Assembly (NCBI GenBank): GCA_019058365.1
Contig: JAHPZE010000012.1
Span: forward strand, 13,451 to 77,450
DNA from: Promethearchaeota archaeon
Lineage (GTDB): Archaea; Asgardarchaeota; Lokiarchaeia; Sigyniarchaeales; SOKP01
DNA length: 64,000 nt
Reading direction: 5' to 3'
Position numbers and translations under genes: made by a program. Under the pieces are notes generated by a model. That model searched no databases. It was not told the DNA's origin and worked only from the letters and a program-made list of their open reading frames with translations. Shown in pieces: positions 45,629 to 56,386 of the stretch (position 1 is the stretch's first letter; every line of letters starts with the position of its first letter).

Positions 45629-47677
45629 TTATAATTCAAATTTAATTGATAATAGCTCATCATTCTTAGATGAGCCACCCATATAAAGTGTGTATGTTAT
45701 CTTTTCAATTTCCCATGATTTTGATTCTGGATTATACCAAGCTAGGTTTTTCCTTGACACTTCAATTTTAACGTTTTTTGTTTCATTTTGTTTTAGAGGG
45801 ATACGCTTAAATCCTTTCAAGAGTTTTAAAGGGCGATCAATTTGAGATTGTTCAAACCCAATATATAATTGTACTACCTCATCTCCAGCTATTTTTCCTG
45901 TATTTTTAACATCTACAGTTCCAATAACTTTATCATTCTTTACATCAACTTGTAAGTCACTATAAGAAAATGTAACATAACTTAGCCCGAATCCAAAAGG
46001 GAATGCCGGTTCATATCCATTTTTATCAAAAAGAGTATATCCATGATAATATCCATATTCAATTTCATCTGCATTTTTATCGAAATAAGGTAAATGCTTA
46101 GGATCTTTAGGAATTGTAAAAGGTAATTTTCCCCCTGGATTTATATCTCCAAAGAGTATTTTTGCTAAAGCATTGCCTCCTTCTACACCAGAATACCAAG
46201 CCATTAATATTGAAGGTATTTGATCTTTCCATTCTTCCATAGTGATTGCGCTTCCTCCAATCAGAACCACAATAGAATTTTTATTTTCCGCTGAGACTGT
46301 GTTAATTAATTCAATATCTTTATCATGTAAGGAAAGAGTGTCTCGATCACCACCAGTTCTAAATTCTTTAATATATTCTCCTTCATCCTTATAATTTAAA
46401 CCAACAACTATAATTGCGACATCTGCTTCCTTGGCAGTATTTTTAACACTTTTCTGGTCTTTTCCATCGTCATAGACCACTTCAATTGAGTCTCCTAGAT
46501 ATCTTTTAATACCCATCAGTGGGGTAATAACTTTTTTAACTGCTACATTACTACTTCCATGATCTCCTGTATTTTTCACTTTAGCATATTTTCCAAAAAC
46601 CACTAATTTACTGATTTTATTTTTATTCAATGGTAAAATTTCATTTTCATTTTTGAGGAGTACCATACCTTTTTCTGCTGTTTCTAATGCTACTTTATAG
46701 TGTTCTTTACATCCAATTAACTCGTTTTCATAGTTCTGCGGATCTTCTTTTGTAACATAATTGAGAATCGTTCGCATAACTCGTCCTGCTGCATCATCTA
46801 TCATTGCTTCTGTTATTTTACCTGCTTCCAATGCATTTTTGATTTTTTTAACTTTAAAATACTTTGCTCGAGGCATTTCAACATCTAATCCACCAGCTAC
46901 TCCCCCTACGGTGTCTTTCACACCATACATCCAATCAGAATGAACAAATCCCTTGAAATTCCAATCACCCTTCAAAATATCACGCAATAAATAGTTATTA
47001 TGTCCACAATATTTGCCCCGAATTTTATTGTAAGCACTCATTATAGTGGCACACCCTTCTTCAATACATCGTTTAAAATGAGGCAGATATACCTCTCGAA
47101 GTGTGCGTTCATCCATTTTCACATTCACTTTAAATCGGGCATTTTCAATGCTATTTGCGGCAAAATGCTTAGCAGTCGCCATAACATTATGTTTTTGAAC
47201 ACCTCGAGTCAAAGCAACACCAAATTCGCTGAGTAAGAATGGATCTTCACCATAAGTTTCTTGAGCTCTACCCCACGCAGGATGACGTAATAAGTTAATA
47301 CAAACACCCCCAAAGAGATTTCCCCCATGCGCACGGACTTCTTTTCCAATAACATCACCCACTCGTTGTTCTAGATCTATATCCCATGACGCTGCACGAG
47401 CCATAGATACAGGAAAGCAAGTAGAACCTGGAATAATTACCCCACGGGGACCATCTGTAAATTTGAAGGGGGGAATATTAAATTTTTTTGAACCCGCAGC
47501 ATCATATGCTCGTTTTCCAAAGCCTTTATCCTCAATTACTTTCATGAATAGACCATTTCCACTCATTTGGGCAATCTTTTCTTCCAAACTCATATGTTCT
47601 AGAACATAATTTACATAGTCATCAATTTCACTTTCATTCATTCCTTTCTTGATTTCAATCATCCATTTTATCCCCAA
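45629..47677 (-). CDS. GH3 beta-glucosidase (BglX-like) with FnIII domain
   Basis: DGPRG, WGRAQETYGEDP, KHFAAN, MSAYNK, SDW nucleophile, FPFGFGLSY. Confidence 0.95.
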   Translation of the reverse strand: MGIKWMIEIKKGMNESEIDDYVNYVLEHMSLEEKIAQMSGNGLFMKVIEDKGFGKRAYDAAGSKKFNIPPFKFTDGPRGVIIPGSTCFPVSMARAASWDIDLEQRVGDVIGKEVRAHGGNLFGGVCINLLRHPAWGRAQETYGEDPFLLSEFGVALTRGVQKHNVMATAKHFAANSIENARFKVNVKMDERTLREVYLPHFKRCIEEGCATIMSAYNKIRGKYCGHNNYLLRDILKGDWNFKGFVHSDWMYGVKDTVGGVAGGLDVEMPRAKYFKVKKIKNALEAGKITEAMIDDAAGRVMRTILNYVTKEDPQNYENELIGCKEHYKVALETAEKGMVLLKNENEILPLNKNKISKLVVFGKYAKVKNTGDHGSSNVAVKKVITPLMGIKRYLGDSIEVVYDDGKDQKSVKNTAKEADVAIIVVGLNYKDEGEYIKEFRTGGDRDTLSLHDKDIELINTVSAENKNSIVVLIGGSAITMEEWKDQIPSILMAWYSGVEGGNALAKILFGDINPGGKLPFTIPKDPKHLPYFDKNADEIEYGYYHGYTLFDKNGYEPAFPFGFGLSYVTFSYSDLQVDVKNDKVIGTVDVKNTGKIAGDEVVQLYIGFEQSQIDRPLKLLKGFKRIPLKQNETKNVKIEVSRKNLAWYNPESKSWEIEKITYTLYMGGSSKNDELLSIKFEL

Positions 47678-47757
47678 TTAAAATTGTAATAACATCAAAG
47701 ATAATTAAAAAAAAAAAGGATTTAAAGTAAATTTTCTCCTTTTAGAATTTTATAATT

Positions 47758-49437
47758 TTAAAGAGATATTCCTAGATCTGCCAAGCTAAATAAGCATGAG
47801 AGAATTAACCATACTAAGAAAAATCCAATGCCCGTAAGCGAAATTATTAGTGCTCGCTTATTATAGGTGTTATCTTGTTCAGTTCTTTTTGATCCTCTTG
47901 CTATAATATATGTAATAAATGAAATTGGGAAAAAGAGAAAACCAAAGAAAGACATCTTATAAGCAAATTTAGAATCTGCTTGTAAATCATGTCGAATCTC
48001 ATTCTTTTCTATAACATTTAACCATTCAGCATTATAAAATGCTTCTTCAACATTTAATTCTCCTGACTGCCACCATTTCTGATTAGCCACTTTCCTAGCA
48101 GGAATGATCTGCGCTGAAATTGTACCTATAGTCCATTCCAAGCTTCCAATATATTTAACTCTTTCCCAAGCGAGCAAAATACCATGTAAAATTAAGAAAG
48201 TTATAGCCATCGTTAGAAAAGTACCTACCCAATCGAGATGGAGGTATGGTTGTTTATATATCGTTGAGGAGATTATAAACCACACTATAAAATAGACCCA
48301 CTGAATATTATAAACAGTGAAAGCGACGAATCCAAATCGACGGAAAAATCGTGTTTTATCAGCGAATTCTTTGCCGCGACCTCGAAATTCAACCACACGA
48401 ACTACAACCATAATAAGACACGTTGCTGCTCCATTTAAACTCATAAATTGAAAAAGCCATCCTAAGAACGGTACAGGATTATCTGGATTGTCAGGAACCC
48501 AATTTCGGTGAAATGGAAGATTAGGCCAAAGTGCTAATGTTGCATCAATGCCAATTATAGCAAAATTGATAATAAGACCAAAAATACCAATAATAAAGAC
48601 TATAAATCCTATTTGCATTACTCTATTGGGGAAGTGATGTTGAACTTCTTCTCTTTTTTGTGCTAAAGTGATTCCAATGATACTACCCATAAATGATACT
48701 GCTAAGTAAGGAAATATGGGTTCCTCTCTTCCTGCAATAGCATTAAAAAAGAAGTGTGTAATAAAATCCCACCATGGAGACCTTCCAAGGTAAGGATACT
48801 GCACATCTACACCTGTAACTGGATCGATGGCCCATGGATATCCAGGGATTGCTAAATCAACAAGCCACCACATAAGTGGTGTGAGAACAACTATAGCTAC
48901 AATCAAGATTATGTATTTTTTTATAAGGTGATTAGGGTTTTTCCAGCCCTCATTCCTAGAGAGAATTCCTTGTACAATACCATTAAGAATAATACACCAG
49001 GCTATTGTATGGATTGTTTCAAAGTGATAACCACGATAAAGTATTACTTGCCAATTCCACGCAGAGACATCATCTAATGTTTTCATAAGATTGGCTACAG
49101 CTCCATGGATACTTAAGAAACTTTCAGATATCATAGCAAAAATCAACAATAATACACCACCCATGATCTGTCTTATCACTAAATCCTTTACACTTCTTCC
49201 GGCTTGTAAATGTCGGTACATACTAATCATATTTCCTATAGCTGAAACCATTAAAAAAAAACCCGCTAAACCACCTAAAAACGGCAATACGATAAATGCT
49301 ACTATATTTATCAACACTATGTTGTCTATTTGAGCGAGTAAGCCATCAATATCTAATACATGAAGTATAGTGTGTAAGAAGATCATTAAAACAATTGCAA
49401 TACCACGTAAAAAATCAATACTAGCAAATCGTCTCAT
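47758..49437 (-). CDS. DUF1624/HGSNAT-like membrane acyltransferase
   Basis: RFASIDFLRGIAIVLMIFLH signature and multiple TM helices. Confidence 0.75.
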   Translation of the reverse strand: MRRFASIDFLRGIAIVLMIFLHTILHVLDIDGLLAQIDNIVLINIVAFIVLPFLGGLAGFFLMVSAIGNMISMYRHLQAGRSVKDLVIRQIMGGVLLLIFAMISESFLSIHGAVANLMKTLDDVSAWNWQVILYRGYHFETIHTIAWCIILNGIVQGILSRNEGWKNPNHLIKKYIILIVAIVVLTPLMWWLVDLAIPGYPWAIDPVTGVDVQYPYLGRSPWWDFITHFFFNAIAGREEPIFPYLAVSFMGSIIGITLAQKREEVQHHFPNRVMQIGFIVFIIGIFGLIINFAIIGIDATLALWPNLPFHRNWVPDNPDNPVPFLGWLFQFMSLNGAATCLIMVVVRVVEFRGRGKEFADKTRFFRRFGFVAFTVYNIQWVYFIVWFIISSTIYKQPYLHLDWVGTFLTMAITFLILHGILLAWERVKYIGSLEWTIGTISAQIIPARKVANQKWWQSGELNVEEAFYNAEWLNVIEKNEIRHDLQADSKFAYKMSFFGFLFFPISFITYIIARGSKRTEQDNTYNKRALIISLTGIGFFLVWLILSCLFSLADLGISL

Positions 49438-49564
49438 TTTGAATCATCAAATAATTATATTTTGTTATAGTAAGATAGATATATTCTTATATTTATTCTT
49501 TTAAATTCACTTCTTTGATACTCATTTAAAAATATTTTTAATAAACTCAAATAAATAGTATTGT

Positions 49565-50365
49565 ATGGATAAAGATAATAAAAAAGTGGCATTAGTAACT
49601 GGCAGTACTCATGGAATAGGAGAAAGCATTATTTTAGAGCTTGCCAAAATTGGATTTTCAATAGTCATAAATGGGGCTTCAACTAAAGAGTTGCCAAATG
49701 ATTATAAAAATAAACTAAAAGAGATCTTTAAAGGAGAGCTTGAAGATAAATATATTTATATTCAAGCTAATGTAGGGAAAACAGAAGATCGAAAGAAGTT
49801 AGTTGATGGAATTAAGAAAAAATTCAATCGTATAGATGTGTTAGTGAATAATGCAGGAGTTGGACCTATTCAAAGAGGGGAAATGTTAGAAATGACAGAA
49901 GAATCCTATGATAGAGTAATGGGAATCAATCTTAAGGGTCCATTTTTCTTAACTCAAACTATAGCCAAATGGATGATTGAACTTAATGAGACTCTCAAGG
50001 ATGAATATCAGCCATATATAATAAATATATCTTCTATAAGCAGATACACAGTTTCACTCAATAGGGGGGAATACTGTATTTCTAAAGCAGGAATGACAAT
50101 GATGACTAAACTCTTTGCAGTAAGATTAGCTGAAGAAGGTATTCCGGTATTTGAGATATCACCTGGTATAATAGATACTCCTTTAACAAAACCTAGGTAT
50201 GAAATGTATGATAAATTAATTAATGAAGGAGTTGCTCCAATTAAAAGATGGGGAACACCAATTGATATTGCAAAACCAGTAGTTGCTATCGTAAGTTGTT
50301 TAATACCATTCTCTACAGGTACAGTTCTGGATATAGATGGAGGATTTCATCTTCACCGATTATGA
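49565..50365 (+). CDS. SDR (PRK12745-like '3-ketoacyl-ACP reductase' subfamily)
   Basis: TGSTHGIG, NNAGV, NRGEYCISKAG, STG.V..IDGGFHLHRL. Confidence 0.9.
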   Translation: MDKDNKKVALVTGSTHGIGESIILELAKIGFSIVINGASTKELPNDYKNKLKEIFKGELEDKYIYIQANVGKTEDRKKLVDGIKKKFNRIDVLVNNAGVGPIQRGEMLEMTEESYDRVMGINLKGPFFLTQTIAKWMIELNETLKDEYQPYIINISSISRYTVSLNRGEYCISKAGMTMMTKLFAVRLAEEGIPVFEISPGIIDTPLTKPRYEMYDKLINEGVAPIKRWGTPIDIAKPVVAIVSCLIPFSTGTVLDIDGGFHLHRL

Positions 50366-50379
50366 TTTTTTATTAAGAG

Positions 50380-50874
50380 TTAAAAATATTTTTTAAAATT
50401 TCTTACAGGGCAATTCTCTTTATTACTACATTTTGGGCATAGAATTGGCCATGCTATTGTTGCATATATGAGGAAGCAAAAGGGAGGGATTAATGTAATC
50501 AAAAATAAAGATGACCATAATGAAATAATTATCACGATAAAGCTAAAAATAAAATTACCCATTCCTATTAAGGTATAAAATATTAAAGTAATTCTCATCA
50601 TTTTTCGGCTTATTTTTTCTTTTTTAATCAACTTTTTTGAGAGCAAAGCACCAAATAGTAATTGACTAGTTCCAGGACAGAAACGACCTTGATGAGGACA
50701 ATCATGACAAATAATTGCTATTAATAAATTCATTAAAATATAAAAAAAAATGAAAATCATTAAATAGATGATTGAAATAATACCAAGTAAAATTATAATC
50801 CCAAAAAAAGATATTATATAAAAAAGATCAATAATAACAGTATCTTTTAGTTTCCAATTATAGATATTATTCAT
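50380..50874 (-). CDS. Small membrane protein with Cys clusters
   Basis: Four TM helices, CHDCPH...CP and CPKC....CP. Confidence 0.7.
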   Translation of the reverse strand: MNNIYNWKLKDTVIIDLFYIISFFGIIILLGIISIIYLMIFIFFYILMNLLIAIICHDCPHQGRFCPGTSQLLFGALLSKKLIKKEKISRKMMRITLIFYTLIGMGNFIFSFIVIIISLWSSLFLITLIPPFCFLIYATIAWPILCPKCSNKENCPVRNFKKYF

Positions 50875-50933
50875 TTTAACAACAAATAATAATCAGTTTT
50901 TTGTATAATATATAACTAACATTATAATAAAAT

Positions 50934-52955
50934 ATGAATGATTTTAATATCAAAGATCCTGAAGTTAAAGAATTTAATGCGATAATAATCGGATCCGGTG
51001 CTGCTGGATTAAATTGTGCTATTCATTTAACGCAAGAAGGTATAGATACTTCAAAAATCGCAATAATCACCGAAAAATTAGGTGGTGGAACTTCATTTAA
51101 TGCTGGTTCCGATAAACAGACATATTATAAAATGTCAATTTATGGAGATCAAGGTGATTCTCCTTATGAATTGGCTAAGGATCTTTATGCTGGAGGTGCC
51201 ATGCATGGTGATATTGCCTTAATTGAAGCGACCAATTCAATTAGAGAATTTTTTCATCTAGTTCAATTGGGGGTTCCTTTTCCATATGATGAATATGGAG
51301 GATTTGTAGGATACAAAACTGATAATGATCCTAAACAGAGAGCAACATCAATTGGTCCTTTTACTTCTCAAAAAATGGGGGAATGCCTATTAAACGCAGT
51401 TAAAGAGAAAAACATAAAAATTTTTGACAAACATTATGCCATAAAAATACTCGTTGATGATACTGCTGAAAAACCAGAAGCAATTGGATTAATCTGTATT
51501 GATTTAAATGAACTTTTAAATAATAAGAATATCGATACTTTACTCAGTTCTTTAAGAATTTTTAAAACAAGAAATATAATTATCGCGACTGGAGGTCCAG
51601 CAATATTATATAAAAATTCAGTTTATCCAGAATCTCAGAAAGGAACGACGAGTTTAGCTATTGAGGCAGGTTGTAAATTACAAAATTTAACAGAATCTCA
51701 ATTTGGATTGGCATCGACTAAATTTCGTTGGAATGTTTCTGGTTCATATCAACAAGTGATACCGCGGTATTTTTCTATTGATAATAATAATATCGAAAGA
51801 GAATTCCTCCTTGATGTTTTTCCTTCTTTTAGGGAACTATCAAAAGTAATCTTTTTAAAGGGCTATCAATGGCCTTTTAATGCTACATTGATCGAAGGAT
51901 CCAGTTCTTCTCTAATTGATTTAGCTGTGTTCCATGAGACAGAAATACTCAATAGACGAGTCTTCTTAGATTATACAAAAAATCCCAGCAATTTCAGTTT
52001 AGATGAGCTCCACCCCATAGCAAAAGAATATTTATACAAATCAAATTCTTTAGGAGATACACCAATTGATCGCCTAAGAACATTGAATGAGCAAGCAATT
52101 AATGTATACCATAAGCATGGTATCGATATCGCATTGGAACCTCTAGAAATAGCAGTATGTAATCAGCATCTTAACGGTGGAATATCATGTGATTTATGGT
52201 GGGAGTCAACAACGGTTAAACATCTCTTTGCTATAGGTGAGATTAATGGCAGTCATGGTATTTATAGACCTGGTGGAGCAGCGTTAAATGCAGGACAAGT
52301 AGGAGGATTAAGAGTCTCACAAAAAATTGCTCATTCAAATTATAAAAATCTAATCGAAAATCATAAGGTGTTCCAAAATAATCTCAAAAATGAATTAAGC
52401 AATATAAAAAATAAATTGTCAACAATGTTACAAAATTCAGTCTCTTCAAATAAGAGTTGTCTAACAACAATAGGTCTTTTAAATCAAATACAAAATAGAA
52501 TGTCCAAATTTGCTTCAATCATTCGTCCCTTGAATGGTCTTGAATCTGAATTTGATATTGTTAAAAATCAATTAAAATCCATTACGAATTTAATAGCATT
52601 AGAAAATGACACAGAAATTGTTGACTATTTCCGAGTAAAAGATGCTCTCCTTACTCAATTGTTCTTTTTAAAAGCTATTTTAGACTATCATCTTTCATAC
52701 GGAAGAAGTAGAGGTTCTTACTTAATTTTACGAGATAACCTGAATGATTCATTTTCAGAAATGTACATATTACCACCAGGCAAGCTCAAAGCATATAAAT
52801 TTATTCATAATAATTTAGATTTAACAAAAAAAATTCAAACACTCCAATGGAAAAATGAAGAAATAATTATCGAATGGGAGGAAACAAGAGAAATTCCGTC
52901 TGAATTTGGGTGGTTTGAAAATGTATGGAAAAAATTTGTAAAACAAAACTTATAA
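50934..52955 (+). CDS. FAD-binding oxidoreductase (Sdh/Frd flavoprotein superfamily, GSDKQTYYK subfamily)
   Basis: IIGSGAAG, GTSFNAGSDKQTYYK, IATGG, QHLNGG, LFAIGE. Confidence 0.88.
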   Translation: MNDFNIKDPEVKEFNAIIIGSGAAGLNCAIHLTQEGIDTSKIAIITEKLGGGTSFNAGSDKQTYYKMSIYGDQGDSPYELAKDLYAGGAMHGDIALIEATNSIREFFHLVQLGVPFPYDEYGGFVGYKTDNDPKQRATSIGPFTSQKMGECLLNAVKEKNIKIFDKHYAIKILVDDTAEKPEAIGLICIDLNELLNNKNIDTLLSSLRIFKTRNIIIATGGPAILYKNSVYPESQKGTTSLAIEAGCKLQNLTESQFGLASTKFRWNVSGSYQQVIPRYFSIDNNNIEREFLLDVFPSFRELSKVIFLKGYQWPFNATLIEGSSSSLIDLAVFHETEILNRRVFLDYTKNPSNFSLDELHPIAKEYLYKSNSLGDTPIDRLRTLNEQAINVYHKHGIDIALEPLEIAVCNQHLNGGISCDLWWESTTVKHLFAIGEINGSHGIYRPGGAALNAGQVGGLRVSQKIAHSNYKNLIENHKVFQNNLKNELSNIKNKLSTMLQNSVSSNKSCLTTIGLLNQIQNRMSKFASIIRPLNGLESEFDIVKNQLKSITNLIALENDTEIVDYFRVKDALLTQLFFLKAILDYHLSYGRSRGSYLILRDNLNDSFSEMYILPPGKLKAYKFIHNNLDLTKKIQTLQWKNEEIIIEWEETREIPSEFGWFENVWKKFVKQNL

Positions 52956-53126
52956 TTAAATTTATTTCTATATTTTCTTTTCTTTTTTGGATAGATTAGG
53001 TATTCTTTAATAAATCGGAGTTATTAATTCTAGTCATCTTTTTGAAAAATAAGAAGATCATTTAATTAACCATAATAATTCCATGCATATAATATAAATA
53101 TTGATAATATGATGGATTTGTAGATT

Positions 53127-53969
53127 ATGAGTATGGATGGAAAAATATGTATGGTAACTGGTGCTAATTCTGGTATGGGTAAAGCAACAGCTATTGGTTT
53201 AGCAAAAATGAATGCTACTGTAGTAATGGTTTGTCGTAATAAAGAACTTGGAGAAAATACCCGAGAAGAAATAATCAATCAAACAGGAAATAAAAATATA
53301 AATTTATTACTCTGTGATTTATCGTCTCAAGAGCGGATTCGAAAACTTGTTAATGAATTTAAGCAAAAATATCAGAATTTACATGTATTAATAAATAACG
53401 CTGGGGTTATGCTGAAAAAGCGAGAAATATCTGTTGATGGAATTGAAATGAATTTTGCAGTGCACGTTCTCGCACCGTTTTTATTAACTAATTTATTGCT
53501 CGACCTTTTAAAAAAGAGTGCTCCAAGTCGCATTATTAATGTTGCTTCAGCAGCACATAAACGTGCAAAAATTGATTTTGATGATCTTCAAAGTGAAAAC
53601 AAGAAATATCGCTTATTTTCTGTATATGGAGTTTCAAAGTTAGCAGAAATATTATTTACTTATGAATTAAGTAGGAAATTAGAGGGAAGTGGAGTAACCG
53701 CAAATGCTGTTCATCCTGGGGTTGTGAATACTAATCTTGGTAGGAATCAGTCTAAATTTAGTCAAGGATTTTCAAGAGCTTTTTTTAAAAGCCCTGAGAA
53801 GGGAGCAGAAACTTCGATTTACTTAGCATCTTCCCCAGAAGTGGAAGGAATAACGGGGAAATATTTTATAAATAAAGAACAAAGGCAATCATCCGAAGAA
53901 TCCTATAATGAAGAACATGCTATGCGACTATGGAAGATACTCGCAGAAATGACAGGTTTGAATATTTAA
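53127..53969 (+). CDS. SDR, retinol dehydrogenase-like
   Basis: TGANSGMG, INNAG, YGVSK, VHPGVV.T. Confidence 0.93.
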   Translation: MSMDGKICMVTGANSGMGKATAIGLAKMNATVVMVCRNKELGENTREEIINQTGNKNINLLLCDLSSQERIRKLVNEFKQKYQNLHVLINNAGVMLKKREISVDGIEMNFAVHVLAPFLLTNLLLDLLKKSAPSRIINVASAAHKRAKIDFDDLQSENKKYRLFSVYGVSKLAEILFTYELSRKLEGSGVTANAVHPGVVNTNLGRNQSKFSQGFSRAFFKSPEKGAETSIYLASSPEVEGITGKYFINKEQRQSSEESYNEEHAMRLWKILAEMTGLNI

Positions 53970-54046
53970 TAACTTTCTTTATTAGTAATTTTTCTTTTTT
54001 TAAATTAAAATCTAACTATTATTTGAACTATAAGATCTGATTTGTT

Positions 54047-54637
54047 ATGTTTCATAAGATACACGAATCTATAAAGAACCAAATGGAATATTTAGAAGAC
54101 TTAGACACAAAGGATAGGATCAATGGAACGCCAAGAATGAAAAGACTCCGTCAAATTCCCCCTGAGACGGGGAGATTTATATCAATTCTTGCTGCTAGTG
54201 CACCAAAAGGGGAATTTTTGGAAATAGGGACTAGTGCAGGGTATTCTGCCCTTTGGATAGGTTTAGCATGTCAACTCAATGGAAATAAACTATATACCTT
54301 TGAAATTTTAAAAGATAAAGCAGAATTAGCAAGGGAAACATTTGCGGCAACTAGTTTAAAGGAGGTAATCGAATTAATTGAAGGTGATGCTCGAGATTAT
54401 ATTCCAAATTATAAGAATATATCTTTTTGCTTTTTAGATGCTGAAAAAGAAGTTTATGAAGATTGCTATGGTCTAGTGATTCCAAATATGGTTAAAGGAG
54501 GTATTCTTGTTGCTGATAACGCAATTAATCACTATGAAACGTTAAAACCAATGTTGGATAAAGCACTTGCTGATGAACGAGTAGATGCTTTGATCGTGCC
54601 AATTGGAAAAGGGGAATTAGTGTGTAGGAAGATTTAA
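54047..54637 (+). CDS. O-methyltransferase (caffeoyl-CoA OMT/YrrM-like)
   Basis: [20 protein letters not shown]. Confidence 0.92.
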   Translation: MFHKIHESIKNQMEYLEDLDTKDRINGTPRMKRLRQIPPETGRFISILAASAPKGEFLEIGTSAGYSALWIGLACQLNGNKLYTFEILKDKAELARETFAATSLKEVIELIEGDARDYIPNYKNISFCFLDAEKEVYEDCYGLVIPNMVKGGILVADNAINHYETLKPMLDKALADERVDALIVPIGKGELVCRKI

Positions 54638-54692
54638 AGTTCTATTGCAGATTCTTTATTGCATCTACTAAATTTAAGACATATCTTTGTTC

Positions 54693-55616
54693 CTAAGGAA
54701 GATTCCATATTTTTATAGTTTGATCAGTTGATCCACTGGCAATATATTTCCTATCAGGTGAAGCTGCAACTGTAAAAACTGCGCCCTTATGCCCGGTTAA
54801 AGTGTGGATTAATTGAAGTGAAGGTATTTCCCATATCTTTATTGTTTTATCCCCTGAGCCACTGATTAAATATTTTCCATCAGGAGTTAACGCAAGAGAA
54901 TACACTGAACTCTTATGACCCTCAAGTGTAGCTATCTTATCACCAGTAGAAAATTCCCAAACATGTATAAGTTTATTAAATGAACCACTAATGACATATT
55001 TCATGTCAGGGGTTATCACAAGTGAATGAATATCACCCAATTTTTTAGTCTTTAATTCTCTAATGTTATTTCTTGCTTCTATATCCCAAATATTAATAGC
55101 TTTTTTTGCTTTCACATATGCGATATAATTATTATCTGATGAGATGGCTAATGTCCTACTTACCCCACCAGTTTTAAATTTATCAATAACTTCCCCTGTT
55201 ACCAAATCCCATATGCGTATTCCACCATATGTGCTAGCTATTCCAATAATAAATTTACCATCAGTAGAAACATCGACTTTTGAAACAGCTCCTTTTGTTT
55301 TAGCTTCCCACACTAAGTTTCCAGATGAAAAATCCCACATTTTTATTCTAACATTCTCAATTCCGGTGATAATATATTGCCCATCAGGAGAAACTGCTAC
55401 ATCATTTACCCAACTAAAAGTGCCTGTAGTTGCTTTAATTTTTCTAATTTGACTACCAGATTCAATATCCCATATTTCAAAATAGTTTTTTGAAGCACAA
55501 ACAATATAATTCCCATCGGGGGTAAATTTTAATGAACTTATTGTTCCTTGGGTACCCATATCCTCTTTTTTCCTAATTGTTGTATGACTATAACTAGTTT
55601 CCATTTTTAAAACCAC
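54693..55616 (-). CDS. WD40 repeat protein (7-blade propeller)
   Basis: GH...V..LA.TPDG.Y..SGS.DKTIKIW repeats. Confidence 0.95.
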   Translation of the reverse strand: MVLKMETSYSHTTIRKKEDMGTQGTISSLKFTPDGNYIVCASKNYFEIWDIESGSQIRKIKATTGTFSWVNDVAVSPDGQYIITGIENVRIKMWDFSSGNLVWEAKTKGAVSKVDVSTDGKFIIGIASTYGGIRIWDLVTGEVIDKFKTGGVSRTLAISSDNNYIAYVKAKKAINIWDIEARNNIRELKTKKLGDIHSLVITPDMKYVISGSFNKLIHVWEFSTGDKIATLEGHKSSVYSLALTPDGKYLISGSGDKTIKIWEIPSLQLIHTLTGHKGAVFTVAASPDRKYIASGSTDQTIKIWNLP

Positions 55617-55832
55617 TTTTAAATTTGGATTAATAATAATTATATGACTTAATATTATTTATACCTTCAATATCCAATTTAAAAACTTCTTAATAAAGCA
55701 AAAATTCTAAAATTAAATACTACTTTTGAAATATATTCATAAGGATATCAAGGATTTTTACTACTTCTTACCCTATTTTGCGTTTAATCAACCTTTCAAC
55801 GCATAAAATCCACGTTTTAAGAATCATAAAGT

Positions 55833-55857
55833 ACTTTGCGATACAAAGCTTTAAATA
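55833..55857 (+). promoter_or_regulatory. Inverted repeat CTTTG-N5-CAAAG abutting a TATA-like TTTAAATA upstream of the ABC operon
   Basis: actttgcgatacaaagc tttaaata is seen directly. Confidence 0.55.
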
Positions 55858-55959
55858 TTCTCTTTCATATAATTTTAGTAGGACTTAAGAAAGTCTGTAA
55901 GGACTGAATTTAAGAAAATTTAAAATATATGGATTAGTTCAATTTAGGTTAGGTTAAAT

Positions 55960-56193
55960 ATGAAGAAAGAATCTATGTTTATAATTGGATCAAGTTCTTT
56001 AACAATATCCCTTATATTGGGTATGTTTCTACCAGATTTACCATTAATCGGCTTTTTTGAAGGGATGTTTATGGGAATTTCTTTAGCTATGAATATTTGT
56101 TTTCTAATTAGATATCGACTCGAAAAGAATGGCTTTAATGAAGAAAATAGCAGAAAAAGTGAATCACGAGGTGACCAATTTGGAGAAAGATAA
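55960..56193 (+). CDS. Small 2-TM membrane protein
   Basis: FFEGMFMGISLAMNI-type hydrophobic hairpin. Confidence 0.65.
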   Translation: MKKESMFIIGSSSLTISLILGMFLPDLPLIGFFEGMFMGISLAMNICFLIRYRLEKNGFNEENSRKSESRGDQFGER

Positions 56194-56386
56194 TCCATGT
56201 GGGATATGTATAGTTGGAATAATATTTGCTCTCTTAGAAATTTTCATAGTTATCGGAGAAAGTCTTGGATGGATTAGTTATAGCATGAATTTTGAATCGT
56301 TCCTATTTATAATTTTTCTTATATTCATCGTATCTTACGAAAATAAAAATCAAAATAAAAAAATTGAGGTAGAAAAATATGAGTAA
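56129..56386 (+). CDS. Small 2-TM membrane protein (start uncertain)
   Basis: Two TM helices. Overlaps the ABC ATPase start. Confidence 0.6.
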   Translation: MALMKKIAEKVNHEVTNLEKDNPCGICIVGIIFALLEIFIVIGESLGWISYSMNFESFLFIIFLIFIVSYENKNQNKKIEVEKYE

